Numbered from the stretch's first letter, positions 38,495 through 51,030 are shown. The stretch is 64,000 nucleotides of DNA from Octopus sinensis (GCF_006345805.1 NC_043001.1:26412001-26476000); one strand, 5' to 3'. Notes: generated by a model not told the origin, from the letters alone. Program-made: numbers and translations.

Positions 38495-39215
38495 ACATAT
38501 ATCTACAGAATAAGGAGAAACTGGAGAGGTAATTAATAAAATTATTAATTCTAAAATGACATCTCTGACAGTTGTTTCGATTCAGAAATCTTTAGATAAT
38601 TTATAAAATTAAAATCACAATGAATCTCCTCAGAGGTAGTATGGATATACCTGTTAGAAATGCATGTTTAGATAGAAAAAGAGCCAGTTACAGAAGGACT
38701 CAATCCAACATAGGGGGAGCAGGTAGTATATAATATTTCTTAAAATGAGATTAATATCAGAGTATTGAGAAAGAACGAAATGGAAAAATGAAAGAAAACG
38801 TATTTATAAATCTATAATTCCAAAATCCAACATAGAAGTAGGTGGTGTATATTGTGCCAAATTTTTTTTTAAAGACAAAATATACACTACCTGCTTCTCC
38901 TATGTTGGATTGTGGAATTATATATTTATAAATACATGTGTTTTTCTGCTTCCATATTTCCTTTTTCTTTCAATACCGTATAATAATCTCTTTTCTTTCA
39001 TTAAAACATAATATATACTACCCTATGTTAAATTGAGTCTTGTAACTGGGCTATTTTTGTATATTTGCTCGGTATATCCCTGCGACCTATAAAGAGTTTC
39101 CTCTTATTTTAATTTTATAAATTAATTATCCAAGATTTCTGAATTGAAACAGCTGTCAGAGATGACGTAATAGTTTATAAAAAGTTATGAATTACCTCTA
39201 TTTTCTCATCATATA
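38495..39215. repeat. Long imperfect fold-back (centre ~38860) in RPS2 intron 2
   Basis: GACATCTCTGACAGTTGTTTCGATTCAGAAATC (~38550) versus GATTTCTGAATTGAAACAGCTGTCAGAGATGAC (~39135); inner arms also pair. Confidence 0.85.
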
Positions 39216-39864
39216 CACATAGCATGGAAGGCTATCACGTTAATCTGTGATGATATATACACACACAAAAGGCTACAATCTAAAATTACATCTACCTATT
39301 ACAGCTAAATTAATGTCTCAAAAGTACAAAAATTATGCAACAATAATGAAATGTTACTGCTAATTTGAGATAGAGATTCATAGAGAAAATTACCTCACCC
39401 AAATAAACAGTATCGGATTTACTCTTCCTGTCCGCAACGTCCCAAACAGAAATATATTCAGTTGGGTGCTTTTTGGGCAGGGTAAAAATACTATTGAAAG
39501 ATAATCTGAATTCGCCAAGTTGAAAAAGCTTAACGGCGTACATGGCGAAGACACAACCAGACCCCTACCCTACTTAAAAAAATGTTGGGGGTACTACTTA
39601 AGAGTGGTGTCGGTGCGCGCACTCGCTAGCTAGTTGTGTCCAGTCGATTCTTTGTCTTTTTATTTTTATTACTTTGTTTAAAAAAATTATTTACTTAGTG
39701 TTTTATTTGCTACGTAGTCGTAGGATCGACTAGCTAGCGCGGATGCGCGAGCCCGCGCACCGGGACCACTGTTCGCTAATAGTACCATGGAAACTCCTAT
39801 TCTGAAAAACAAAATTGCAAAAATCGCAAGAATGATCCTAGCTTTGTCAAGATTAGGAAATCAT
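39176..39864 (-). repeat. RPS2 intron 2 module, copy 1 (GC-rich hairpin + exon-like segment)
   Basis: Direct repeat of 40168-40842 with high identity; imperfect inverted repeat 39590-39786. Confidence 0.9.
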
Positions 39865-40167
39865 AAAATGGCATGAAAATTTAATTATCAAACTATTTTG
39901 CTATCCCGAACATTTTCCTCGTAATATTTCTTTCTTCACATGCAGTTTCGTACTTTATATTCATCAGATCCAGCGACTACGGGCAGCTTAAGTTATATTA
40001 ATTTTGTCTAGGAATTTTTATAGAATGGTAAGGGGGGGAAATAAAGAGGTTGAAAATAATTGAGATTTTGTTTTTTTAAGTATCACGAGATCACGAGCAT
40101 GATAAACAAAACCTGAAAGAGGGAATTCAGAAATTTGAAAAACGAGTTCTTAAACGACGATGATAGC

Positions 40168-40842
40168 TATAAAAAGTTATGAATTACCTCTATTTTCTCA
40201 TCATATACATATAGTATGGAAGGCAGACGTTAACCAGTGATGATATATACGCATACAAAAGGCTACTATCTAAAATTACATCTACCTATTACAACTAAAT
40301 GTCTCAAAAGTTATGAAACAATAATGAAATGTTACTGCTAATTTGAGATAGAGATTCATAGAGAAAATTACCTCACCCAAATAAACAGTATCGGATTTAC
40401 TCTTCCTGTCCGCAACGTCCCATGCAGAAATGTATTCAGTTGGGTGCTTTTTGGGCAGGGTAAAACTAGTATTGAAAGATAATCTGAATTCGCCAAATTG
40501 AAAAAGCTTAACGGCGTACATGGCGAAGACACAACCAGACCCCTACCCAACTTTAAAAAATTTTGGGGGTACTACTTAAGAGTGGTGTCGGTGCGCGCAC
40601 TCGCTAGCTAGTTGTGTCCAGTCGATTCTTTGTCTTTTTATTTTTATTACTTTGTTTAAAAAAATTATTTACTTAGTGTTTTATTTGCTACGTAGTCGTA
40701 GGATCGACTAGCTAGCGCGGATGCGCGAGCCCACGCACCGGGACCACTGTTCGCTAATAGTACCATGGAAACTCCTATTCTGAAAAACAAAATTGCAAAA
40801 ATCGCAAGAATGATCCTAGCCTTGTTAAGATTAGGAAATCAT
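40168..40842 (-). repeat. RPS2 intron 2 module, copy 2
   Basis: Direct repeat of 39176-39864; hairpin 40568-40764. Confidence 0.9.
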
Positions 40843-42094
40843 TAATTGGTACTAAATTTTAATCTTGATGCTTATATCGAAATATTGCTATTATAATATA
40901 TATCCGTTCGTTGATTTCATCGCAATATATATCTTGATTCATTTCATATTCCGATGTTATTTCAAGCAATCTATCCACAAAGAGATAACACTACCTACCA
41001 CCAGTGATAGTATTTTTAAATACTGCTTATTTCCGAAAAGTATACATTTAATAAAAATAGGCATGTTGCAAGTATGCTCCCTCCAATTTATTTCTATGTG
41101 ACTATCAGAAAAATGGGAATTTTCTACAAGCACCACCCTTCAGATGTCGATTACGACTTTATTAAAATTTGCTAAAACTCCTCCGGAGTTTCAGAAGATT
41201 CACATTTTGGATCTGTTTCCTAACTTTCAGAAACATGGGTATTTTTTTCATGTAACTTACAAATACCATTCAGATTAAGATGATATTGGAATTTAATACG
41301 AAAAAATAATTGCCGGGCGCACGCAACTACTAAAGTCCGAAATTTCGGGAAAAAAGATTCTGTGCGTACCCACCATTCTTTCCCCCCACATTAAAATTCT
41401 GATATAATCGTAACGGGATATTCATAAAAAATTTCATGAAGACATTTTTCAGTGAGCTAGGAGGAAACAAAGCCAATTTCTCTTCCCACTCCTGGAAAAA
41501 AGTCCGCCAACAAATTCCGATATAGTCGAAATCTACATCATCTGAAGCGTATTTGTAGATTTCCTTAAAAATTATTTTTCTCAAAATAAAATGAGAAACA
41601 AATTCAAGAGGGGAATACTTTGTGTCCCACTAAAATTTTAAAAAAGGTCAGTATCGTGTCTACAAATACAGATATTTAATTACGACAGAGCTTTAAAGCA
41701 TGCAGATTTGAAATACACAATGAATACAAGAACGTGGATGTAATTCTATCGTTTAGAACCGGTCTAGATTTGAAGAAAAAAAATAAATGCCGATTGTAGC
41801 TACGTAAATTTAAAAAATGCCGTTTTCGCATTTTAAGCTAGAAGTGAGAGAAGGAAAAGCTATAGAACCAAAGACGAAAATTTTTACATATAAATATGCT
41901 ATGACAGGGATTGCGCACATGCCGCCATAGAAGTTGCTGTTCTTAGTTGAATCACCACGTGTCTTTATACAGAGTTGAAGAGGTTTCGTATAAACGGACT
42001 ATAATCGACTTAATTAGCAGTTTAAACATCGATTTAAAGCAATAGGGTTAACTAATAAAAAAACTATAATAAGCTAGGAAATACGTTTATATAC

Positions 42095-42322
42095 CTTGAT
42101 TGGATGGGAGAACAGGTAGATTTCTTCAAGGGTTTTGATCTTGCCGTCTTTCACCAAACGACCTAATTTAGTGACGGGAACCCATTCTTTGTCGGCATCT
42201 TTAGCACCACGACCTCTTCCGCGGCCTCTCCCACGTCCACGGCCACGGCCGCGACCACGTCCTCTACCACCGAAACCGCCTCTAAAACCTCCTCTGCCAC
42301 CGGCTGAAGCTGCGTCCGCCAT
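42095..42322 (-). CDS. RPS2: RPS2 coding exon 1 (exon 2 begins 42324), [12 protein letters not shown]...FSHPIK
   Basis: Acceptor ttttgtag|caATG, donor AAG|gtat. 76 codons with an RG-repeat N-terminus. Confidence 0.96.
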
Positions 42323-42523
42323 TGCTACAAAATTAAATAAAATACAAGTTTTCTTTTATCAAAGATTTGGGATATCCCTTAAAATTACGAGCAGCTAACA
42401 TGCTTGAAGAAGTATATTTATAATCTTCAAGATATATTTACAAATAAATCAATCCAATGAAGGAAATAAAATTAAAAGAAAAACTAATAATCCAAGAAAT
42501 AGAGACAGAGTACACCAACTTAC

Positions 42524-42590
42524 ATGGTCTGTGAGAAAGAGGAAGTAGATTTAATTTCGCTATTTATATTCAGTTGATTATACCGGAAGT
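42524..42590 (-). promoter_or_regulatory. RPS2: RPS2 core promoter and non-coding 5'TOP exon 1
   Basis: Minus strand shows ACTTCCGG (ETS-type, 42590-42583), TATAAATA (42568-42561), then the pyrimidine tract CTTCCTCTTTCTC with a TCT-motif C at 42539 (29 nt from TATA), and donor cat|GTAAGT at 42523. Confidence 0.85.
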
Positions 42591-42830
42591 ACCCTCTAAT
42601 ATTTAATAGACTCTTCTAACTAGAATTTCGTACGCTCCAAAATGAGGGGTGGTAGCCTTAATGAAATTATGTTGAATCGTTATCTAGTATTTACATTACA
42701 TTTTCTTACATTAATAATTTTCAGTATAAATTCTTTGGTAATTGGAGGCAGTTATAATTTTTAAGCTTTGCTGTCCTAAACGTGCCGTATTTAATAATAA
42801 ATAAACTCAGGTGAAGAAGGGGCAGAAAAC

Positions 42831-43232
42831 GGATCTTTTCGGTTTGACCGGCACTTTTTAAAAATAATTTCCACGTAACTAAACACTTTTAAACTTCGTA
42901 TACTGGTAGAATGTGTTTATAAAACATCTTTTTCTCTTGGCTTTATTGAGAAAATTCTATAGCTTGTAAGATATTTGTTGTTGTTTTTTCTGCAATTTCA
43001 ACCAATCAATGACGGCTATTGAGGTGAAAACATTCTGTGCCGTATGAATATGTCCCTCGTTTAAGAAACAGATTGGGTTTATTTACATTTCTGAAGAAAA
43101 AAAGAAACCCTTCCCCCACCCCTAACCCTAAAACAGATTGAAATGCAATAGATCGATACTAGGGTCATAATTATGGGTGACAATTTCATATGACACTGCT
43201 AAAAAAAACTGCCGTTCAAACCGAAAAGATCC
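42831..43232. mobile_element. ~400-bp MITE with GGATCTTTTCGGTTTGA TIRs and an internal TTAGGG-like tract
   Basis: Terminal inverted repeats; near-identical inverted copy at 53358-53767; no clear TSD. Confidence 0.8.
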
Positions 43233-43921
43233 AAGTAGTGTGTTGTACAGTAATGCCCTCCTTCTGTGTACATAATGTTGCGTAATTCAACAAATAGAGA
43301 TTGATAAAATAAATACTGGACTTTTGGGCTGTGGCCATGCTGGGGCACCTCTTTCAAGAGTTTAGATAATCATATGTCTGACCTCAGTATTTATTTCAGT
43401 CTGCTACTTGTTATATCAACTTCTATTCGTTGAATTACGCAACAGAGATTTTTTAAAAAATATTTGCGAGTTGTAGGTACGGAGAGGGAATGTAATGGAA
43501 AGACTTCCTCCCGCCTTTTTCTACTTTTTTTTTTCTTTGACAAAAACCCCCGTTACGGAGATTCCGGAAAATTGCGATAAATCGGCATTTTGAAATTTCG
43601 CCCCCTTCTCCCCAATTGCTTCATTTTTTTTTCGCTTTTTTCCCTAACACTAACTGTAACTACAAAAATTTTTGGAAATTTTTTTCAGAATCATAATCTC
43701 CATATTTTCCCACATATTTTGAAAAAAAATTTCTGAAAAAACTTAAAAATGAAGAAATTGGGAGTATTTCAAAATGCTGATTTTTGCCAAGTTTTTTGGC
43801 AAATTCATATTCTCCGTACGCCAAAAATGGGGGGAGGGTGTAAAAAAAAAAAATATGGGGTACAAAAAGAAGTCTTACTGAGAGGATGATCACATTATCT
43901 TTGAGAATCTGTTGCGGGATG

Positions 43922-44159
43922 TGTAGCAAAAGGTGTTGTGGCTGGTTCAATGTACGTTGTCAGGTGTGGCAAATAAAGATAGGCGTGTTGGACGACATCA
44001 AAGGAAAACAATGAGGAAAGCATCAGAATGTAGTTTACATAATCTATTTGATCAACATTTTGGATACACAAATCTTGATTTACAATATCAATGAAGGCCG
44101 CTACATAAAGGTACCAATTCCTTCAAGTTGGCAAAGTAAAAAAACAACATCCTGCTACA
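43922..44159 (+). repeat. 5' LTR (238 bp) of the Gypsy element, followed by a tRNA-Trp-type PBS
   Basis: Termini TGTAGCA...TGCTACA form a 7-bp inverted repeat. TGGTGACCCC follows at 44162, complementary to the tRNA-Trp 3' end. Confidence 0.8.
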
Positions 44160-47105
44160 TTTGGTGACCCCCAACGAAGAACAACAGCCTTCACATCACA
44201 CATCACTAAATCAGAACTGGAAAATTGCTACAATTAGTTGTCATACTGTGGCTCTACCAGAACACAACCCAGCAGTGAACTCATCCACAATCGACATGGC
44301 ATTCCAGGCAGCAATTATGCTGAAGATTACACCAATCCTGCATTGTAGTTTCATCATATCGAGGCCAAGTTTTCTTTAAACCAGTTACTTAGCAATGCAG
44401 CTCACCTTGCGCATGTGATTGGTTCCCTATCACCACAGATCATGAACATTATCTAAGATCTCATTATGGTACCACCCAGTTCAACCACCCTTATCAACAG
44501 GACTTCAGAGTCCCAACAAAAGCGTCTCCACTAGCTCCTTACTTCGGAGAAATTAGGATATAGAATGCTCTCCCAGCTTCTATGGAGAATAAAGCAGCTT
44601 CTGGGAGATGAGATCCTCCCCGATCTTTAAGCAACTCTTTCTCCAGTGTCTGCCCTCCAACACACAGGTAGTCCTGGCTTCCACCAGAAAATCCATTTCC
44701 ATTGAGGAACTGGCCAAGCTTACTGACAAAATCGCTGAGGTACTACATAAATAATCAATGTTATCAACTTTGACACCAGCAGTTCCTTCTACAAATCCTT
44801 TCCTCTCTTCAACCAGTGCTTCCAAAATTTTGGACTTGCGCTCATTGGTGACAAGGCAGGCATCACAGATATAGGCACTGACAGCGCAGATACAAGCCCT
44901 ATCATTTGGTATACCTAGTCAAAGAAGCAGCCGATTACATCAGTTTGGTTGATGGTCATAAAGCCTGAATGCCTCCTGTAATTCACAGGAAACTTGTTGG
45001 TACCTCCATAGATTTGGAACACGGGTGCAGAAATGTACGACTCCATCCCTTTCAGGAAACAACAGCCAGGAATTGAACACAATGGAAGTTCCTGGCTCTC
45101 ACCTTCAAAGTCATCTGTTTTTTATTTGTGATCATGTAACAGGCATGTGTTTCCTTGTGGATACCATCAAGGAAATCAGCATAATCCCTGTTTCCTGTAC
45201 TCCAGGCAACAGAAAAGAAACACCAGTCTGCCTTCAGGCAGTCAACCACTCACCGATTCCAACTTACAGTGAACAGTCCCTAACACTGAACTTAGGGCTA
45301 CACCACACCTTTCAGTGGGTATTTTAGGAGCCTATTTTGTTCATTTCATTCTCCTAGTAGATATTAAGCACAGAAGACTTGTTGACAGCACCACTCAGCT
45401 CACTGTGCATGGTATAACTGCTTGTATGGCCACAGTCAGCCCAACTATTTTACAAACAATGACAACCCATCAGTGCTATCCTCAAAGAATACCTGGACAT
45501 CACCCGACCAGTATTCCATAGTCAACCTATCAAGCATGAAGTCACCCACCACATCAAGACCCGCAGTCCACCTATTGCAGCACGACCCTGAAGGCTACCA
45601 CCAGATCGTCTCAAGGCCATCAAGCAAGAATTCCAGCACATGCTCAACTTCGGAACCATCTGCCCATCCAGCAGCAATTGGTCCTTGCCAATACACTACA
45701 TTCCCAAGAAGTCATCAACCAGTTGGAGAGTTTGCAGTGATTATCGATCACTAAATAACTTGCACTGTACCTGATGCATATCCTGTGCCTCATCTACAGG
45801 AGTTTTCTAGCTCGCAGCATGGAACTTGCATCTTTTCAAAGATCGACCTTGTGCAAGCTTACAGTTAAATCCCTGTAGAACCTGTGGATATTCCGAAGAC
45901 TGCAGTCACAACATCCTTCAGAATGTTTGAATTCCTACATATGCCTTTCAGTTTACGCAAAGCAGCTCAGACATTCCGTTTCATTGACACAATTACCAGA
46001 GGTTTGCCTTTCGTCTATGCATACATAGACAACTTACTCATGGCCAGTAGCTCAGACAAAGAGCATGAACAACACCTGCACCTGCTATTCCAACACCGGT
46101 GGCAATACGGCATTGTCATAAACCTCAGCAAGTGCACTTTGGAGTTGTGGCCTTTCATTTTCTCAGGCACGTTGTTGATAAGGATGGCATTCACCCTCTT
46201 CCTGAGAAAGTCAAAGCCATCATGGATTTTCCACCACCCACATCTCTTCGCAAGCTGTGGGAATTTCTCGGCCTGGTGAATTTCTACCGCAGATTCATAC
46301 CCCACTGTGCAGAGACAGCCCAACTGCTCACAGATTTGCTGCAACAGCGAACTAAAAAAAATACAAACATTGGCTTGAGTGAAGAAGAACTTGCCTCTTT
46401 TGCTGACTTGAAAAAGATGTTATCCAACACTACCATGCTGGTGTATCCTAAACCAGACACCCCACTGTCTATAGTAGTTGATACATCTGATTCCAGAGTT
46501 GGAGGCATGCTCCAACAACTCACTGAAGGTATTTGGCAACCTGTATCCTTTTCCTCCACGTGCTTAAAACCTGCCGAGACTAAGTACAGTACCTTTGGTC
46601 AAGAATTATTAGCAGTATATTTTGCTATCAAGCATTCTGGATACATGCTGGAAGGTCGCGTTTTCTCCATCTATACCAACCATAAACTGCTGGCTTATGC
46701 ATTCAACACCAAGCCTGATTGTCACTGACCCAGGGGAGTCCAACATCTAGACTTCATATCACAGTGTGCAACAGACATTTGCCTCATTAAGAGTGCAAAC
46801 AACTCTGCAGCTGATGCCCATCACGCATGGAACTAAATGCTATTCACACCACTGCTACCATTGATCTCCAGCAGATTGCAGCTGATCAACAAGATGATGA
46901 AGAACTACTACAGCTCCGGAATTTGTCATCTCTGAAATTTCGACAATTCCCGATGTCCTCTGCTACAGGTAGAAACATTGATGTGATGTTTTCTCTTCTT
47001 TGCATTCCCTAGCACATCCAGGTGTCTACACCACACAAAAGCTGATATCAACCTGTTTGTGTGGTTTGACATCAAGAAGGACATGTGCCAAAAAACAAAG
47101 GTCCA
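43922..47105 (+). mobile_element. Ty3/Gypsy LTR retrotransposon (CsRn1-like), decayed; 5' LTR + gag-PR-RT-RH, truncated in the integrase zinc finger, no 3' LTR
   Basis: gag ELG.R..SQLL/LFLQCLP; protease FLVDT(I); RT FSKIDL..AY, MPFSLRKAAQTF, YAYIDN; RNase H DTSDSRVGGMLQQ; integrase HSLAHPG. Confidence 0.9.
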
Positions 47106-47107
47106 CT

Positions 47108-47368
47108 AACATAAACAGATGGTTTGTGACAGGCAAGCTGCCGACAGATTTCCACACTGTCAGCACGAGCAAATGGATGTTGATTTGATGAGATAGTACA
47201 CAACATATTTTATGTCTGTGTGTGTGTTGGTTGTTTGATCAGGTTGTGTTGTTTTTCTGTCTTGACTGTGTTCTGCTACTGTGTTGTGTCATTGGCTATC
47301 ATTGTTCGCTGATGCCGACAATGTGGCTCTTTGTTGGTTGCTTGCCTGTCACAAGCCATCTGCCTATC
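47108..47368. repeat. Fold-back MITE at the truncation point of the Gypsy element
   Basis: CAGATGGTTTGTGACAGGCAAGC versus GCTTGCCTGTCACAAGCCATCTG. Confidence 0.72.
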
Positions 47369-48685
47369 TATCGTGTGTCTAAGGAAACTATATTTATAAT
47401 GGTCATCCAAGCTAGAAGAACAGATGTACCATAGATGTAGTTTGTACTTATCTTGGACATCTGCTGTCCAGTTGAACCTTCAGTGACACAGCTCAGGCTG
47501 GAAGTCGAATGGAAATCCATCCATCACTTTTTAACAGGACAAAGAAATTTCTTTCGCACCTGTTTGGCCAGTGGTGGATCAGGCGAACGAGAATCTTTAG
47601 ATTTGGTTTCGAATCTCAGCTTGGAAAATGAAATGTTAGTTTTTACAACATTATATATATTTGAGTAAAGAAGGATTCTATAAAACAAGACAAGTTTGTG
47701 TTCAGTGAAAAAATGTAAGATGAATCCTGCCTGGAATTCCAGAAAATAGTGTTTTAAAAATCATGACCAAAAGATAACCAACAAAATTTTCCACCTTTTC
47801 AATTTCTATTTACTACGGTAATATTAGAACTCAGGAAGAACTCAATAACTTGTATCAGATTTAGTTATCTTATTCTCAACTGATTAATATTCAATTTTTG
47901 CTCCAATGATAGATTTACAATTTGGATAAGACCTGTCCTCCACAGCAGAAGTGTTAATGCTGCTTTCCTACAAGAGCCCTGTACTGGTGCCACATAAAAA
48001 GCACTCATGCCAGTGCAATGTAACAGCACCTGGGCCAGTGCCACATAAATGCACCCTTGTCAGTACCGCATAAGGGCATCCATGCCTTTGACATGTAAAA
48101 AGCACCCAGCACACACTGTATAGTGATAGGCATTAAGCAGGGCATCCAGCCATATATACTAAGCCAAAACAGACTGGAACCTGGTGCAGCTTTCATACTT
48201 GCCAGCTCAGGTCAAACTGTCTAACTCATACCAGCATAGAAAACAGATTTTAAATGATGATGATGATGATATATAGTTAGGGCAATTGCTTTTATAGCTG
48301 CTAGATGCATTTCTAAAATTTAACCACAATCTATTATTGTTAGTCACACAGACTGGGGCAAACTAATCAGTTAAGTTTTAAAATTTTTTCTTTTGCTTTG
48401 CAAATATTCTCCAGATGTAAAATTTGAACCTGTTTCAATGTATCAAATTTTTATTGTTCTAATAATATATAAGACATAATCATCAGTTCTTTTATAGAAT
48501 ATTATATTCAAGTGTACATTTTCTTTATATAGGCACAGCCATACCTATATACTAAGAAGCTTATTTCCACTGTAACTTGGGCAACTGTCTTCTACTATAA
48601 CCCCAGGCTGACCAAAGCCTTGTGAGCGGATTTAGTAGGCATAAACTAAAAGAAGCCCATAGTAAATGTGTGTGTGTGTGTGTAT

Positions 48686-49507
48686 CCGGACTGTTGCCAT
48701 AGTAACAAGGCTAAAGCATGCAGAGTGAAGCTGCTTGACACAGATTGATCTTGAACTCTGTTGTGCATGTGCACTAAGTTTTAACATACTAGCTCACTTC
48801 TGCTGTTTACAGCAGTGTTTGGAAGGAACACATGTAGTGTGTGATCATCGCATTGACCATGACAGAGAAAGTTATCATGACGATACCTGCTCAGAGGCCT
48901 ACGCAAAGTTGCAGAAGTGTATAGAGAGGAGTGTATGAGTGGTTCAGACGTTTCCAATATGGCCCAAAAAATGTTGAGAGTGACAAATGTTCTGGGAGAC
49001 CTGCAACCAGCAGAACTGAGAAAAACATTGCAGATGTGCATGCAGCTGTGAGGGGAAATCGTTAAATCACCATCCGTGAGTTTTCAGAAGATGTGCAGAT
49101 TAGTTACGGTTCAGTTTAGCCCATTATCACTAAAGATTTGGGTATGAGACGCATGTCTGCCAAGTTTGTGCCAAAACTGCTTTCAGCTGACCAAAAAGAC
49201 ACTCGGGTTTCAGTTGCACAAGTTCTCATTGATTGTGTCGAGAATAATGAGAACTTTGTGTAGGCCTCTAAGCAGGTATCGCAAAGCTTTTGGCAAAATT
49301 TGATGCAAATTCTTTGCTTAACTTTCTCTGTCAAGGTCAATGCGACCATCACACACTACATGCCTTCCTTCCAAGCACTACTGTAAACAGCAGAAGTGAG
49401 CTAGAATGTTAAAACTTAATGCGAATGCACAGTAGAGTTCAAGGTCAATCTGTGCCAAGCGACTTCACTCTGTGTGCTTCAGCTTCATTACTATAGTAAC
49501 AGTCGGT
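48686..49507 (+). mobile_element. Non-autonomous mariner derivative: 5' end + transposase N-terminus + inverted second 5' end
   Basis: YEWFRRFQ..VESDKCSGRP..LGMRRMSAKFVPKLLSADQK on plus; 49260-49507 is the reverse complement of 48686-48900 and encodes MTEKVKQRICIKFCQK. Confidence 0.82.
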
Positions 49508-49559
49508 CACAATCGGTTGGTGCTTTTTACATGTCACCAGCATGGGAGCCAGTGATTTT

Positions 49560-50560
49560 TTTCCTATGACATCCTAATTATATGTCCATAGTACCAAGGC
49601 TGTGACCTCTCAATTGGGGAATTAGTGACTTGACTTGGAGAGATTCCCTGATCTCCAAGTTATGCAACCTGTCAAGAAATGGTGCTTTAGAGACCCTTTG
49701 GAGGAATCCCCTTTTATGCTGATTGTACTTTCAATTTGGTTGTTACCCAGCATTCATGACCATAGGTGAGGAGAGGCACAAAAACCAAATTGAAGATAGT
49801 TAGTTTGGCTTTTTTAATCAACTCCTCCTCTTCTGAAGATCAAATAATGGAGCTAGAGCAACTAGAATTCTAGCATTCTTTTCAATTTCCTGTCTCCCAT
49901 CATTTGTGAATTTGGGCCTGAGATACTTAACCCTTTTGTTACAATATTTATTTTGGGATGCTCTGTGTTTCTTTCAATTAATTTTAAATATGACTAAGAG
50001 TTTAGTAAAATAACTTAGTTATCATTAAGCTAATGTTAGGAACATAAATTGTGACTAAGGTTTGGTGGAAAATTTTAATTCAAAACTTATGAAAACAAGA
50101 CATTTGTACTCAGAATCAGAGGCAATTTCAGCCAAGTTGATATCAAAAAGGTTAAACTTTTTCACCTTGTCTCAATGGTGTTCCACTCCAGTACATGCTA
50201 GAGATTATATTCTGATGAGCCAAGTAACACCATGTCGTCTGCAAATATCAGCTGACTGATCCTACACTCACTAGTTGTGATGCCATTTGCACAATGGCTG
50301 TGCATGACAATCCAGTTTATAAAAATTATGAAAAGGAGAAGTTACAATATACATTCCGGCTATAGTCCAACACCCATGTTGAAAGGTTTCAATATAGCAC
50401 CATTTACCCAAACATAGACATCTGGGCATTCGTAAAGGGAATTCATGGCAACTAGAAGTTATCCATTAATCCCAAACTCCTGAAAACCCCTCCACAGCAT
50501 GTTCCATAGCACGTGGTCATATGCCTCTTCAAGATCTACAAAGCAAGCATACACCTGTGG
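49560..50560 (-). mobile_element. Old RTE-like LINE remnant interrupted by the TTAA MITE
   Basis: ADDMVL and VKKFKYL motifs on the minus strand. Confidence 0.5.
49931..50151. mobile_element. piggyBac-type MITE with TTAA target duplication, inserted in a LINE remnant
   Basis: TTAA|CCCTTTTG...CAAAAAGG|TTAA. Removing it restores the LINE motif VKKFKYL on the minus strand. Confidence 0.8.
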
Positions 50561-50574
50561 CAATATAGTTTATA

Positions 50575-51030
50575 GATGGCGAGCTGGCAGAAATGTTAGC
50601 ATGCCAGGCAAAATGCTTAGCGGTATTTCATCAGTCTTTATAAGGCGGTGAGCTGGCAGAAACATTAGCACACTGGGCGAAATGCGTAGCTGTATTTCGT
50701 CTGTCGTTATGTTCTGAGTTCAAATTCCACCGAGGTCGACTTTGCCTTTCATCCTTTCGGAGTTGATAAATTAAGTACCAGTTACGCACTGGGGTCGATA
50801 TAAGCGACTTAATCTGTTTGTCCTCTCTGTGTTTAGCCCCTTATGGGTAGTAAAGAAATAGGTATTTCATCTGTCTTTGTGTTCTAAGTTTAAATTTCAC
50901 TGAGGTCAACTTTGCCTGTCATCCTTTTGGGGTCGATAAATTAAGTACCAGTTGCGTACTGGAGTCAATCTAATCGACTGACTCCCTCCCACAAAATTTC
51001 GGGCCTTGTGTCTAGAGTAGAAAAGAATAT
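50575..51030 (+). mobile_element. Family A SINE cluster (duplicated head plus nested copies)
   Basis: Two GAGCTGGCAGAA heads (50581 and ~50650) and two GCCTTTCATCC..GGTCGATAAA domains. Confidence 0.8.

Noticed and set aside
39935-39975. CTGATGA...GAAA hammerhead-like core on the RPS2 strand between the two modules
   Set aside because: Stem II has a mismatched closing pair, position 17 is G, and there is no stem I.
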